Origin: Octopus sinensis
Taxonomy: Eukaryota
NCBI RefSeq assembly: GCF_006345805.1
Contig: NC_043005.1
Coordinates: 103,354,001-103,418,000 of the forward strand
Length of the DNA: 64,000 bases
Direction: 5' to 3'
Positions 1 to 13,349 of the stretch are shown here, one piece after another. The notes beneath the pieces were generated by a model. The model was not told the origin of the DNA, did not search any database, and saw only the letters and a list, made by a program, of their open reading frames with translations. Position 1 is the first letter of the stretch. Each line of letters begins with the position of its first letter. The translations under genes and the position numbers were made by a program.

Positions 1-127
1 CTCAAGAAACAACAGTCAAACATATTTTCTTCAATGGCGATTTGATAATATTGTCTCCTTCAATAGCGCCCCAGTCACAATCACTGCACCTATTAAGGAA
101 ACAAAATGGTAACCATTAACAGTTTTG

Positions 128-300
128 AACAATATACTATTAAACAATATACTATTATTGAACAATATACTATTAAACAATATACTATTATTGAACAATA
201 TACTATTAAACAATATACTATTATTGAACAATATACTATTAAACAATATACTATTATTGAACAATATACTATTAAACAGTTTTGAACAATATACTATTAA
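128..300. repeat. 33-bp minisatellite built from 15+18-bp subunits (AACAATATACTATTA + AACAATATACTATTATTG)
   Basis: About 5 near-perfect tandem units. The ORFs 31..264 and 125..310 are translations of this repeat. Confidence 0.95.
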
Positions 301-359
301 AAATCTTTAATCATACTATCAAATCACGGGATCACCTAACCGACCAGGCTAGTAGATGC

Positions 360-583
360 TGTTACACATCGCTGATCACAATGCGTTTTTGCATTGTTTT
401 AGCCTTCAAATGACGTCACCCCGCTAGGCGAGCAAGCCAACATCCTCCCCTGATCGAAAGTAGACTTGAGCAATGTGAAATGAAGTGGTTTGCTCAAGAA
501 CACAACGGGTTTAATCATGGAGTCGAACCCACGATCTACCGATCGTGAGTGCCACATCGTAACCACTAGGCCACGCGCCTTCA
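360..583 (-). mobile_element. tRNA-derived SINE (family 3), partial
   Basis: The minus strand has an A-box-like TGGCCTAGTGG and a B-box-like GGGTTCGACTCC, followed by TGTGTTCTTGAGCAA..CACTTCATTTCAC. The same body recurs at 50162-50290. Confidence 0.7.
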
Positions 584-1519
584 TCACATTATCAAATACT
601 ATGTCCAAATTACTTAGTGCCACTGGGAGATCAGCACTCCGAAATTCATTTGCTGTCTACGGTTATCCTTGGCAGACATTAACGCGGTGATATTCAAACT
701 CAGATTCAACAATGTCTCTCTCGTCAGTCTTCTAATGGCTACGAAGTTCAGGTGTGATTAAAATATTAAAAATAAAACAACTATTAAAAAATTAAGGGTT
801 TAGTGTAACAACAATATCTGCAACATGGAATAGAAACAGCGTTGCTGTCTCGGTTGGTTGGAAACACAGCGACTTCTCTCTGGCGCTGAGTAAATTGCTT
901 ATCAATGACGGAAACCTTTTTGTCATGCAAGCGGCCATTCATTGTGTGCAAGATTGGAAGGAACGTTATCAGCTTGTATAGATACTGTACAGCATGAAAC
1001 AGTGACAAGATATAAAGTAGATTCTGTCATGAGTTTTACATCTATTACCGTCTCAGATGATCTGATCTCTATGATGTAAAACCACAAATCGATTACAATA
1101 ACGTCTCCCACTCCCCGTCTTTCCGACTCAAGTATTACTCACATATTTAACAACTATATCTATCAATCACACTCCTCTACTCACTATATCCCTTTCTCTC
1201 TCACTCTCTTTCTCTTTCTCACTGTGTGTGCGCTGTATGCGTGTATATATTTATACATACATATATGCATATATATATATATATATATATGCATGTAATA
1301 CATACATATGTATATGTATGTACGTTTGAGCATACGTGCGTCTGATTATCGGTACATGCAACTGTCAAGCCTTCAATTTTTCTATTAGGGGCTTTGTAAA
1401 TTACCAATGTCTATATGCAGTATGTATATATACATGTGTGTCTGTTTATGTATATACATATACGCATTTATATACATATACGTATTTATATATAGAACGG
1501 CATATAAATAGAGAGACAG

Positions 1520-1657
1520 ATATAGTAGATAGATTGATAGATAGATAAATAAATAAATAGATAGATACATACATACATACATACATACATGCATATATAC
1601 ATAGGTAGGTAGATAGATAGACAGATAGATAGATTGATTGATAGGTAGGTAGATAGG

Positions 1658-1748
<91 letters not shown>
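1520..1748. repeat. (GATA)n microsatellite with TACA/GGTA variants and no LINE insertion
   Basis: Direct reading; flanks carry no Tx1 termini. Confidence 0.95.
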
Positions 1749-1749
<1 letters not shown>

Positions 1750-1859
1750 AAATTTGAAGTATTAACATCATTGTAGTAATCATTATGGTTAGCACTTCAT
1801 TTCTACCTCCACCTCTTTTATTTCTCAGCTTCTCCCTTCTCAATCTCTGTAATTTTCTA

Positions 1860-1896
1860 TATATGTATATGCATGCATATATACACAGAGCAGTTA

Positions 1897-1971
<75 letters not shown>

Positions 1972-2072
1972 GTATATATGTATATGTATATGTATATATA
2001 TACATATACATATATATACATATATATATATACATACATTTACATATGTACATATGTATATATGTATATAGG

Positions 2073-2108
<36 letters not shown>

Positions 2109-2112
2109 TATA

Positions 2113-2173
<61 letters not shown>

Positions 2174-2285
2174 ATAGGTATATATTTACATATGTATATA
2201 CTGGTACATGTACATAGATGCGTGTATACGTTCGTATACACACACACACATATATATTATATATTCATACATGTGTGTGTGTGTG

Positions 2286-2321
<36 letters not shown>

Positions 2322-3048
2322 GTGCATGGAGATATTTAGACATGAATACACTCTGCGAAATAAGCAGTTTCCTCCATCTTACATGTTGCAGTCGGTGGCA
2401 CCACCGGACAGCACCACACCAGCGTGTGTGTGTATACGTGTACTTGTGTGTGCGTGTGTGCGTGTGCGTGTGTGTGTGTGTGTGTGCGTGTGAGTATGCG
2501 TGCGTGTGCGTGCGTGCTCATGCGAGGTAATTGGTGCAAGATATATGTTATATGAAGGCAAGGACATACACACACAGATACTGTCTTTGACACACTCAGC
2601 CTTACATAGAGAAACATACACACAACTATACGCACTAACATCTATACTATACACACACACACAAACGCACAAACCTAATTACGTATATACTCGACGATAT
2701 AATGACAAATACACATATATACTTGTTAGAGTATTTTTGTCTTCATAGCACCAAAAATCTGTGCGTGCCTCCATAGATCAATTATTAGAAGACAACTATT
2801 AACAATGAAGAATCTTGTTGTTCTTTCTTTCTTTCTTTTTTTCTTTCTTTTATTTGTTAGTTTTCTCATCGTCTTCTTCCTCCTCCTCCTCTTTATCTTT
2901 GTCGCTGTCGTTGCTGTTGAACGTGTATGTAAATGTATGCATATGTATATACGCATATACGAGTATGGATTTTTTATATGTATGTGTCTATATACGCGTA
3001 TTATACCTACACACACACACATATATATATATATATATCATATTTATA

Positions 3049-3115
<67 letters not shown>

Positions 3116-3260
3116 ATATATATATAGATCTCTCTCTCTCTATATATATATATACACATTCAGGTAAATTTGTATATGAAAGTACACGCAGCCACATACA
3201 TACATATACGCACACCTATCTACAACATAGACACACACACACACACATCTATTTACTATA
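1860..3260. repeat. Compound (TA)n/(TG)n/(CA)n microsatellite region
   Basis: Direct reading; it explains the YI/CV-rich ORFs. Confidence 0.9.
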
Positions 3261-4409
3261 TACACATACGTACACATAGATGTATTGGTTGGCAGAGATA
3301 TAAACAGCTTTAAGCGATGTTAGATATCAGATAATATCACATGTAATATAACGGCACGACTCAATAATGTAACAATGATAGATTAGGAATTATCACATTG
3401 TTGCATGCTGCTGTTCATTTAGATGTTTTATCGCCGAGATAAAGACTTGCTATTTTGCCCTCAACATTGATACATATCTATAAAAGTTACACATAAATAT
3501 GTTATATTTCCAAATCAAATGTGATCATCATTTTAGTATTGTCGGTGGTTTTGTTTTCTTTGTTGTTGTTGTTGTTGTTGTTGTTGTTGCTGTTGTTGTT
3601 CTTGATTCATCTGCGTGACATTTGTGATGATTCTGAGAATTATGCAAGAGATTGGTGAAGCTCGAGATGTAATTTTCTGTTAAAACACATCTATGAGTGA
3701 ATGTGATGTTTATATAATGAAAATTTAATACATATAAACCGAAGACTGTCTTCAGATGTGTGTCAACACACTACATAAATGGATCGCCGTCGTATTCGAC
3801 GATGCATCGTCCAGTTGTTCTACCAAATTAACTACATGTTCACGTTTGAAGAATCCTCTTTTGCTTTTGAAGGAGAGCATCTATATCTTGCATCTCGAGA
3901 GGGTGGTTACGCCAGTACTACACACACACGCGCACTTCTTTTTTTTTTTCGCTTATTGGTTAACCACTTAACAAATTAACTAATAGATTATTTAGTAGGA
4001 CTAAACGTTCAATAAATCAATCAACCAACCAGATTTACTAAATCCCTTTTGTCAGGTCTGTCAATGAATTTAGTTTTGGGATTTACTGAACGTCTGATAC
4101 GTAAAATTTGAATGAAACTAGGCGAATGTTCCAGAGGTGCTTGAACCCCTAACATAAACCCGAACGCGAATCAGCATGACACAACAAGTGGCAAGAATGA
4201 TCTTAGAAATATAGGTACAGTCCCTCAGGCAGGGTTCGACATAGTCTCAGTCGTTTTACACGGCTAAGTTCACTCCCAGGTTATGGACGCTCTATCGCTA
4301 GAGATTGCAGTTACCCCCACAGGCTAGTATATCGAAACTCAATGCCAGAACAGACACTGGTGTCGCGATTAGACAGTTAGCTTGTTAAAATATAGTGCGG
4401 GTCATAGTG

Positions 4410-4701
4410 CTAGTGCATGCATATGCAGCTGCATGCGTGCGCACATATACGCGAGTACTGTCCAAATCTCCGACCAATCACATACAGCTAACTGGCATTC
4501 AATTGGCGTATCAAGTTTCGGGCATTTTGATTGAGTTTTGGATAGAAAAGTCATAAAAATGTCACTTCTATTGATTTTTTAATGGCTTTGCAGGGTGACA
4601 GGGGAAATGTAAAGATGTGCACGACCACCCTTGGACGGTTTTGAATGACCATAGAAAGTACGAGCCCTCTAACTGAAAAATTGTGGATTTGTTTAAGGGA
4701 T

Positions 4702-4737
<36 letters not shown>

Positions 4738-4784
4738 ACGCACACACACACACATAGGCATTTTGCCGTTTATATATAGAGAGA
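4410..4784 (-). mobile_element. Probable non-autonomous Helitron-like remnant
   Basis: The right end TATATATAGAGAGAT reads A|TCTCTCTATATATA on the minus strand, like the 5' ends of the clear Helitrons here. It has an internal (CA)n; the 3' CTAG end is unclear. Confidence 0.4.
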
Positions 4785-5924
4785 TTAATATATATTAGCG
4801 ATAGAGGCAGTATTAATACCAAGAAATAATATTTATTTCCACTTAAATATGGATATCCTGTAAGAGAACAAACATTACTACGATGGGTACCATGAGAGAA
4901 ACTCTCATATAGGCTTTTGGCGCAGAATGCACGCTTGTTTTTTTCTATTGCAAGCATAGAGATAAATACCTAGCAACTCCAACACCAAGACCACCAGATC
5001 ACATCATTTCGATCTTCCTTGATGTCATCAGTGATGGACGCTCGACTGCTAGAGATGGCAGCGAGTCATCCCCACGCTAGCGATATATAGAAATTCTGGG
5101 CCTTATCAAGCACTGGTGTGGCGATTAGCCAGTTCGCTTGTTAAAAAATATATGTGTGTATATCTAGACTTGTGTGGAATAGCGGTAAAAGATATATCAT
5201 TGAAGTAAATGCTTTCAACTAGGAAAACATTTTATCGTATTCTGCTGTCAAATATGAACGTTTTGTTTGCTCAAATGCCATTCATGTACCTACCCCTAAA
5301 TCTAACTGCTCCTCAAAATTGTATATTTTACATGTATACAATAATAGATCGCTCATAAATTAATTATAGATTACATTGGTTTTTTTTTCATTTTGTTGTA
5401 GACCCTAACACATAATTACTGGACATTTGTCACAGGTAATAGATATCTGAGTTAGAGCCAACATGAAAAACTTACCCTCTAATTTGAATATTGTTTTCGA
5501 AATATTCATCATGTCGTAAATGATCGATAAAACAACTTTCTTCGATAGACCAATCAACTACCCCAAATTCTGGTACTGCAAACGCACCACAAGATACATT
5601 AATCTAAGAATGTCACTACGATTACTATGCCTTTTAAGACTAGGACGGAATTGTTGTTGACCAGGTCTTTTTGCGGCTTTCAAAAGCAGTATCAGTGACA
5701 GCAGGTAAATTTGGTCAAGGAAATTAATCCAACAGAACAGAATAGAATCGAACACTTCTCTAAAAAAGCGATCTTTTCACAAGGAATTTTTGTCAGAGAG
5801 TACAGTCGTTGAACATGTTTCCACAATCATTCCTTTCCGCCTGCCTGCCTGTTTATCAGTCACATCTTGATAATAGGGTCAAGTTCAAGGAGAAAAAAAT
5901 TTTAGATAGTATACTTGCATTCTT

Positions 5925-6110
5925 TTATTTGTTTTAGTCATTTGACTGCGGCCATGCTGGAGCACCGCCTTGAAGGTATTTAGTCGAACAAATCAACAGC
6001 AGGACTTATTTATTAAGCCTATTACTTATTCTGCCGGTGTCTTTTGCCGAACCGCTAGATTACGGGGACATAAATATACCAACACCGGTAGTCAGGCGGT
6101 AGACAGAACC
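5925..6110 (-). mobile_element. SINE family 1, 3' part
   Basis: GACTGCGGCCATGCTGGAGCACCGCC...GCCGAACCGCTA..TTACGGGGAC is shared with the copies at 7562, 10064, 10898 and 33250. Confidence 0.8.
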
Positions 6111-6191
6111 AAAGAAAACTGCCTTTTAATGGATTAATGCTGCACAAAATACAGAATGCTGCTGCTGCTGTTGTTGTTGTTGTTGTTAAGC

Positions 6192-6602
6192 AACAAGACG
6201 GGTAAGGGTGATTTCACTGCGTCCGTTCTGTGGGTTGGGAGACATCTGGCAGGTTGGGAACGGAAGTCCACTTTCCCCAGATCCGAAGGACAAGGAGAGG
6301 GTCACTGGCCAGAGCGTCTGGGGGGAGGGGGTTGGCATTTGCGGTGGGCGATGGATCCGTGGACAATCGTAGATGACATGCTCCACTATCTCCTCTCCCA
6401 CTCCGCACTTTCTGCAGGTTCTGTCTATGGCTAACAGGGCTCGTGGGGTCGGCTATCCTGTTTTTGACTTCATATGTCCCTTTTTGTTCGTTTGTTCTGG
6501 TAACTCATTCAATTTCATTGTAAATAATTCCATTTCATCCACACGACCCCAAATCATTGTATTGTCCCCATTTGTGTAGAACCCTTATGGGTAATAAAGA
6601 AA
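6192..6602 (+). mobile_element. Possible diverged Tx1-like 3' fragment after a (TGC)n(TTG)n repeat
   Basis: It ends in TTGTATTGTCCCC...ACCCTTATGGGTAATAAAGAAA (6557-6602), matching the Tx1 3' terminus. Protein similarity to the ORF2 C-terminus is only weak. Confidence 0.4.
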
Positions 6603-6860
6603 TTTGTCTATGGCTCGGTCGATCTTGTAGAGCCAGTACTTGAGGTCGTCTTGTTGTAGTCGAGGGCTCTTCGTTGAGGCCCGACACCACTGGGTGGTGG
6701 CCCTCGAGGTCGCTGGAAATGGACATCTCCAGGTTCAAATTCTTGGACGGCTGCTGCTGCTGTTGTTGCTGTTGTCGTCAATGATGATGATTGTGAGGAG
6801 GAGGAGGAGGAGGAGGACAGTGTTGCTTATCGCCAGATCACCCGTCATCTGTGGTCAAAA

Positions 6861-6922
6861 ACAATCCAATTGTCACCTTTCTCCCATTTTATAAAATGGG
6901 AGAAAGGTGACACTTGGATTGT
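6861..6922. repeat. 62-bp near-perfect palindrome
   Basis: TGTCACCTTTCTCCCATTTT-AT-AAAATGGGAGAAAGGTGACA (6871-6912) is a perfect palindrome. It extends 9 bp further on each side after one mismatch. Confidence 0.95.
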
Positions 6923-7561
6923 ACTCAGAACTGAATTCTTGAAGGCATCTTCCAATTTGAAACAATGATATTTGATATAAGGAGAACTGACTGCTATTTC
7001 TAGCAGTGACTAATTAGATGCATAAGGATCCGTCTGTACTCCACTAGTATCCCGTATAATTCCAAGTGATCGAATAGTAAGATATGAATAAAATGAATTT
7101 TGATATTAAAAATAAATGTTAAGCCAACTTGTAGTTTTAACACTCTATCCTGAGTAGAATTCAACAATTCTGCTATGATAAATATAATTAATGCAAGATA
7201 AAATCTCATATGAATGTATAATTAGTTATCTTATTGAATACCTGATTAGCTAACATGAAAACCTAATCAATTTCCACAGTAGAATTCCTGAATTTTCTGC
7301 AAGTTATTCTATCACATGTAATGTTAATTAAAATTATTTTAAAGCATTTCTGATTTGCCAAGAGACAAATCAGCTCAGTGAAAATGTTACCGGTTTATTA
7401 AATCTTATAAATCCGCTGAAAAATCACGGTTGACTGTAGAAAGAACATTTAATTACACATTCGTTAGTACAACCAGTTGTTTCAAACCGGATCTGATGGT
7501 TATGTAACTTTTGACATATACCACGCTTACCTCAGAATCCAAGAAGAAGCCATACATTGAT

Positions 7562-7948
7562 GCTCTTTTACCTTTTTACTTGTTTCATTCATTAGACTGC
7601 GGCCATGCTGGATTACGCCTTTAATCGAGCAAATAGACCCCAGGACTTATTCTTTGTAAGCCTAGTACTTATTCTATCAGTGTCTTTTGCCGAACCGCTA
7701 AGTTACGGGGACGTAAACACACCAGCATCGGTTGTCAAGCGATGTTGGGGGAACAAACGCAGACACACAAACATATACACACACATACATATACATACAT
7801 ATATACGATGGGCTTCTTTCAGTTTCCGCCTACCAAATCCACTCACAAGTGGCTATAGTAGAAGACACTTGCCCAAGGTGCCACGCAGTGGGAATGAACC
7901 CGGAACCGAGTGGTTGATAAGCAGGCTACTTACCACATAGCCATTCCT
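7562..7948 (-). mobile_element. tRNA-derived SINE family 1, near full length
   Basis: tRNA-like head (GGTTCCGGGTTCATTCCC), CORE-like GCACCTTGGGCAAGTGTCTT, internal (TG/TA)n and an AAAAG-type tail. Confidence 0.85.
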
Positions 7949-8105
7949 ATTCACACCTTAGAAGGTGTGAATAGCAGCAGTAGGATAACATTATATCTAA
8001 ACAGTTTTAGAATAATATTGGTGTAAACTATTTTACAACAGGTATCCTTAAACTAATTTTACCACGTAACGGTCATAAAACATTCCAAAATCAGTAGAAT
8101 TCCTA

Positions 8106-8515
8106 TCTATATATAAAAGATGATTTCCCCCATCCTAAATGCAATAAAAAAGAATTAATTCATATAAAACACAGATAAAATATTCTGTTGTGTCTGGGAG
8201 ACTATTGAAATGGTTGCAAGACGCAACGAAAATTTTAGGAAAATAAAAATAAGAAATAAGTGGAAATTTTACCGGTGAGTGTGTTACATTATAAGGCACA
8301 AAAAGAAAATGACTCTCCCCAGACACAACAGAATATGCTTCAACACTCGAACTCATATAGAGAATCTTGCAAACCAAATCCAAAAACGAAATGCGGATAA
8401 AAATAATTTACTATTTTGAAAGCTGAAATCACCTTTTCTTTATAATATCTTATTAGATATAATTTTGTTATGTTGCAGAACGCGAGGTTTTCACGGAACT
8501 CCGGGATAACTGTAG
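8106..8515 (+). mobile_element. Degenerate non-autonomous Helitron
   Basis: Starts A|TCTATATATAAAAG and ends with a CGGA-AC-TCCG hairpin then CTGTAG (a degenerate CTAG). Confidence 0.45.
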
Positions 8516-9434
8516 ATCCACTTTGGGTGCCATCGCTTTGTTACATCATCCTGCTATATTCTTGTATATCTTATCTTCATTTCTAGTTGATCTTTTCTTT
8601 ATTTCAATCATATTTATACTAACATCTTTAGCAAGTCTTTATGTCTATCTGCTCTTCTAAAGTTATGTCCGTGTCAGTTTTAAGTGACTAGTTTTTAATC
8701 AAAAGAAGGGAAACACATACAAAGAAACCCTGTAGTTGTGGGCAGAGTTTTAATCAAGAAACAAGCAATATTTGGCACATTGGATCTATGGATTGCACCT
8801 AATTGTTAAGTGAAATAAAACAATGGGAACTTGGTTTCCATGGAGTAACATACGTTGAATGTTATGCCGACATTCAATATTAAGAGATCACCAAACAGAG
8901 GTAAATTTACCCTACGATGTAACTTTTTTCTGATTCTAGATTTGTGATTTTGTTCAATTATAATCCTATAAAGCCTGAACTTTAGAAGAATTGAAGTAGG
9001 CCTTGTTTGTAAAAAGATAAAAGATAAAAACCAGACCACTTTCAATTTGACGATCTCTTTTGTATACATTTTAATTACCGTGTTACTAATGGCGTAGGTT
9101 AATTCAGAAATCTGTGTTTGGTTCTAATACGTTTTCATCATTTGCTGATGTGTAAATGAAACAACATCAATTTATGATATTTTTCATTTTATTGCTATTT
9201 GAATGTAAAATGATAAATTTTCAAATCAAATATTTTTAATTTCCTCTCTTGGTAGAAGTGTATTCTAAAATCAGTCATAAAAACAGAGTGTGTATGGACT
9301 TAGTTTCGAACAGTTGCAAGTAAGCACACTGAGGGGAAATTTTTCGAAAGATCTGCTCTATTTCAAAAAGCATGTTACGTCTTCATTCTACCTCAAACAT
9401 AGCGTTTACACGATAGGTTTTTAGTCCACACTTA

Positions 9435-9828
9435 TCTTTATATATAAAAGAGAAGTTGTGTGTCTGTCTCCTACGATTTAGATTCCTAACTACTCCCACA
9501 TTTTGCAGTGCAGTTTAACCAAAACCGGGTATCTTATAGTCGTGATTCATATCGAGCCCTTCTGGGTATTAGCGCGCGTCTACGATGAGACTACGATTTA
9601 AAAAAAATTTACCATCATTCTTTTCTATTTTAATGCATTTTTTCGCTATTATATAAGGGAAGTAACTCCCTAAAAATGTCTACGATGAGTCAACGATTTA
9701 AAAAACAATTACCATCATTTGTTTTCCATTTTTAATGCATTTTTTTGCTACTTTTTGGCTATAACTCTAAAAATGCTTATATAGTTATTTCCCTTACAAA
9801 CCCGAGCAACGCCGGGCGATACTGCTAG
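9435..9828 (+). mobile_element. Non-autonomous Helitron (family H1)
   Basis: Canonical termini: A|TC at the 5' end, CCCGAGCAACGCCGGG hairpin, CTAG|T at the 3' end. The body is homologous to 11766-12417 and 31169-31562. Confidence 0.85.
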
Positions 9829-10063
9829 TACTTAATAAAATATTTACAAGTCTTGGAAGAATTTTCTTTTGGACAATCAAGAAATACCTTCACACTTGTT
9901 CAGCTTGATATAAATAGCGGTTCCTCTCGTTCAAACCAGACCCTACTGCTTTCAGGGTAAACAGGAATCGGCGGGTTTTGCTTGTTGCCCTCGCTTTTCA
10001 CCATTTCATTTGTCATTCAAATCATTATGTGTGTGTCCAGCCCGCAGCTTCCTTTCTGTGTAA

Positions 10064-10455
10064 GGCCGTAGTGGCCAGTTAAATGAATAAAAGAAGCTTG
10101 CTTCTCATCCACATCGTTTCGGGTTCAGTCCCACTGCATGGCACCTTGGACAAGTGTCTTCTACAATAGCCTCAGTGTGGGTGGATTTGGTAGACAGAAA
10201 CTGAAAGAAGCCCGTCGTATATATATGTGCGTTTGTGTGTGTGTGAGTGTGTTTGTGTGTTTGTGTTTGTCCCCCCCAACCTCGCTAGACAACCGATGCT
10301 GGTGTGTTTGCGTCCCCGTAACTTAGCAGTTCGGCAAAATATCCCGATAGAATAAGTACAAGGCTTACAAATGAATAAGTCCTGGGGTCGATTTGCTCGA
10401 CTAAAGGCGGTGCTCCACCATGGCCGCAGTCAAATAACTGGAACAAGTAAAAGAA
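10064..10455 (+). mobile_element. tRNA-derived SINE family 1
   Basis: Same head, CORE-like block and tail as the copy at 7562-7948. Confidence 0.85.
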
Positions 10456-10759
10456 ATAAACGAAAGTATAAGAAAGATATAATCTGTGCTACAATACCGG
10501 TTTCTTTCGTTAATTTTCATGACGTATAACTTCACAACAGAAAAAACAAAGAAAAACTTTAAAGGGTGTCCTACAGCGAATGCGAATACATAGCATCCGC
10601 ATAATTTGTTTTGAAATTTCGTTGAAGTGTCGACATTCGATATGTTCTCTCGAAGTAATAACGTATTATCTCAAATAAACTTCCGAAATCATTTGTTTAC
10701 TAAGGCTCATTTGAACATCCAGTTTTGCAGAGCTACACACGCTAACACACAGACACATG

Positions 10760-10816
<57 letters not shown>

Positions 10817-10897
10817 TTATGTGTCTACGTACATATCCATGTATATGTACATGAGTATACATTTACATACATATATATAGAGAGAGACACATATATA

Positions 10898-11303
10898 TGT
10901 AGGAGTTCCTGTGTGGTAAGAAGCTTGCTTACGAACCACATGGTTCCGGGTTCAATCCCACTGCGTGAGACCTTGGGCAAGTGTCTTCTACTATAGCCTC
11001 GGGCCGACCAAAGCCTTGTGAGTGGATTTGGTAGATGGAAACTGAAAGAAGCCCGTCGTATATATGTATGTATATACATATATGTATGTGTGTGTATATG
11101 TTTGTGTGTCTATGTTTGTCCCCCCAACATCGCTTGACAACCGATGCTGATGTGTTTAGATCCTCGTAACTTAACGGTTCGGCAAAAGAGACCGATAGAA
11201 TAAGTACTAGGCTTACAAAGAATAAGTCTTGGGGTCGATTTGCTCGACTAAAGGCGGTGGTCCAGCATGGACGCAATCAAATAACTGAAACAAGTAAAAG
11301 AGT
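10898..11303 (+). mobile_element. tRNA-derived SINE family 1
   Basis: GTGTGGTAAGAAGCTTGCTT..GGTTCCGGGTTCAATCCC head; GAAACAAGTAAAAGAG tail. Confidence 0.88.
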
Positions 11304-11306
11304 ATA

Positions 11307-11338
<32 letters not shown>

Positions 11339-11765
11339 CAAGTATATGTTGTATACCCACAGTATATGTATACATAGCATAGATATGCGTGTGTATGTTA
11401 TATGTGTATGTATATTGATAGATAGATTGATAGATATACACACACATGCACACGCGCACGCACGCACACATAGACATACATATGTGTATACATATATAGA
11501 TAATGTTTACACATTGTCACTTAACGCTTCAAAATCGTGTAATTTTACACTTACATTATCTGTCACTTAATATATTTACAATCCACTGACAATCTCTATA
11601 GAGTATTTGATGTAAGCAAGAGCTCATAGGTGTAGAAGTGAATGATCTATAATATTCATCATTTCCAAATATTGCTGTAATTCGAATGACCGCAGTGAGT
11701 ATGGCCGTTTGACTGTACATACTAAAGTATCAAAATTTATCATTCACGTTTGGTTACATTCTGAA

Positions 11766-12417
11766 CTAGCAGTATCGCCCGGCGTTGCTCGGGTTTGTAA
11801 GGGAAATAACTATATAAGCATTTTTAGAGATGTAAAGTATAATAGCCATCTCAATATGACTAACCACAAAGGGGGGGGTGTTACTGTAGCTTTTTACGTT
11901 CTGAGATTTAATAATAAATTTTTAGAGAGTTACTTCCCTTATATATGCCAAAAATGCATTAAAAATGGGAAAAATTGATGGTAATTTATTTTTTAAATCG
12001 TAGACTCATCGTAGACGCTTTCTTAGCCATTTCTGTTTTGGTGTCTTCAAGCCATGAAGTCGTTGTTCTAAAAGAACGCTGGTCTCCTTGACAACGCATT
12101 ACGACGTTGATTTCCTTACACTCCCTTCCCCACAGCTTTACGAAGGAGGGGAGAAGCAAACAGGTGCAGCTGTGACCATGGACGCCAACTCCGCCGCCAT
12201 CGACACACGAAAAATTATGCATTAAAAATGGAATAAAAAATGATGTTAAATTATTTTTAAAATCGTAGACTCATCGTAGACGCGCGCTAATACCCAGAAG
12301 GAATCACGACTATAAGATACCCGGTTTTGGTTAAACTGCACCGCAAAATGTGGGAGTAGTTAGGAATCTAAATCGTAGGAGACAGACAGCACACAACCTC
12401 TCTTTTATATATAAAGA
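11766..12417 (-). mobile_element. Non-autonomous Helitron H1 carrying a ~200-bp foreign insert
   Basis: A|CTAG..GCCCGGCGTTGCTCGGG at the left end and AAAGA|T at the right end are canonical termini on the minus strand. The insert (~12019-12218) lies between two copies of an internal subrepeat. Confidence 0.85.
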
Positions 12418-12935
12418 TGTCAACCTCGACGCGAACGCATCAACCCCATCTCACCTACACACGCCAAATTTTCTTTTTTCTTTATTCCTTCGCCTTTCTT
12501 TAAATTTTCCCACCAATTGTATGCTCTGCCATTTCAAGGTCTTTATACACTTATATATTATGTATTTATTTCTTCTGAACAAGGAGTTATCAATTCCTCC
12601 TATCGAATCTGATGAGAGAAGATTCGATTTCATGGATGTCATGTGCCACCAGATATGATATTATTGTCACCTCGTACATATATACACACTTTGCACAGAA
12701 GCACACAACCATACACATATACAATAATGCGGTCTTGCTTACATGGTTACAAAAGTCCTGACAAAAGACATAAAAGTGACGATTGAGACGTCTTTAATCT
12801 TACGTCTATTCGACCTAGACCCACTTATTAACTTCTGAAAGAATTTGCTTCTAATTAAGATTTTCTTTCGTTATTTCTTGAATCTTTAAAATAATAATAA
12901 TAATGATAATAATAATGATGATGATGATGATAATG

Positions 12936-13349
12936 AACTGGTGGGAACACAAACCACCTCCAGTGCTTGAAAATGACCACATCTCACTCCTCTGGAACTT
13001 CACCATTAAAACTGACAGAAAGATAGATACAAATAGGCCAGACATCATATTAAAAGACTTCAGACAAAGAACATGCCTCCTCATTGATATGACTGTCCCA
13101 ATCGATATAAACGTATCTGTCAAGACCTACCAAAAACTGAGCAAATATAAAGATCTTGAAATAGAAATCAGCAAAATGTGGAACCTGAAAACTAAAACAA
13201 TACCTGTTGTCATAGGTGCCCTGGGAATGATAGCGAAAGGGGCTGATTGCTATCTAACTCAGATACCAGGAAACCCAAAAATGGCAGAAATTCAAAAGAT
13301 AGTGCTCATGGGAACTGCTCATATCCTACGCAAAATACTTTCTATGTAA
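12936..13349 (+). CDS. C-terminal restriction-like endonuclease (PD-(D/E)xK) domain of an R4-clade retrotransposon, 5'-truncated but open
   Basis: RPDII...IDMTVP...KLSKYKDLEIEISKMW...PVVIGALG motifs typical of the R4/NeSL RLE. The ORF-track start at 12903 is microsatellite-derived. Confidence 0.85.
   Translation, partial: NWWEHKPPPVLENDHISLLWNFTIKTDRKIDTNRPDIILKDFRQRTCLLIDMTVPIDINVSVKTYQKLSKYKDLEIEISKMWNLKTKTIPVVIGALGMIAKGADCYLTQIPGNPKMAEIQKIVLMGTAHILRKILSM

Noticed and set aside
128-300. CRISPR-like array
   Set aside because: The units are contiguous with no unique spacers; it is a eukaryotic minisatellite.
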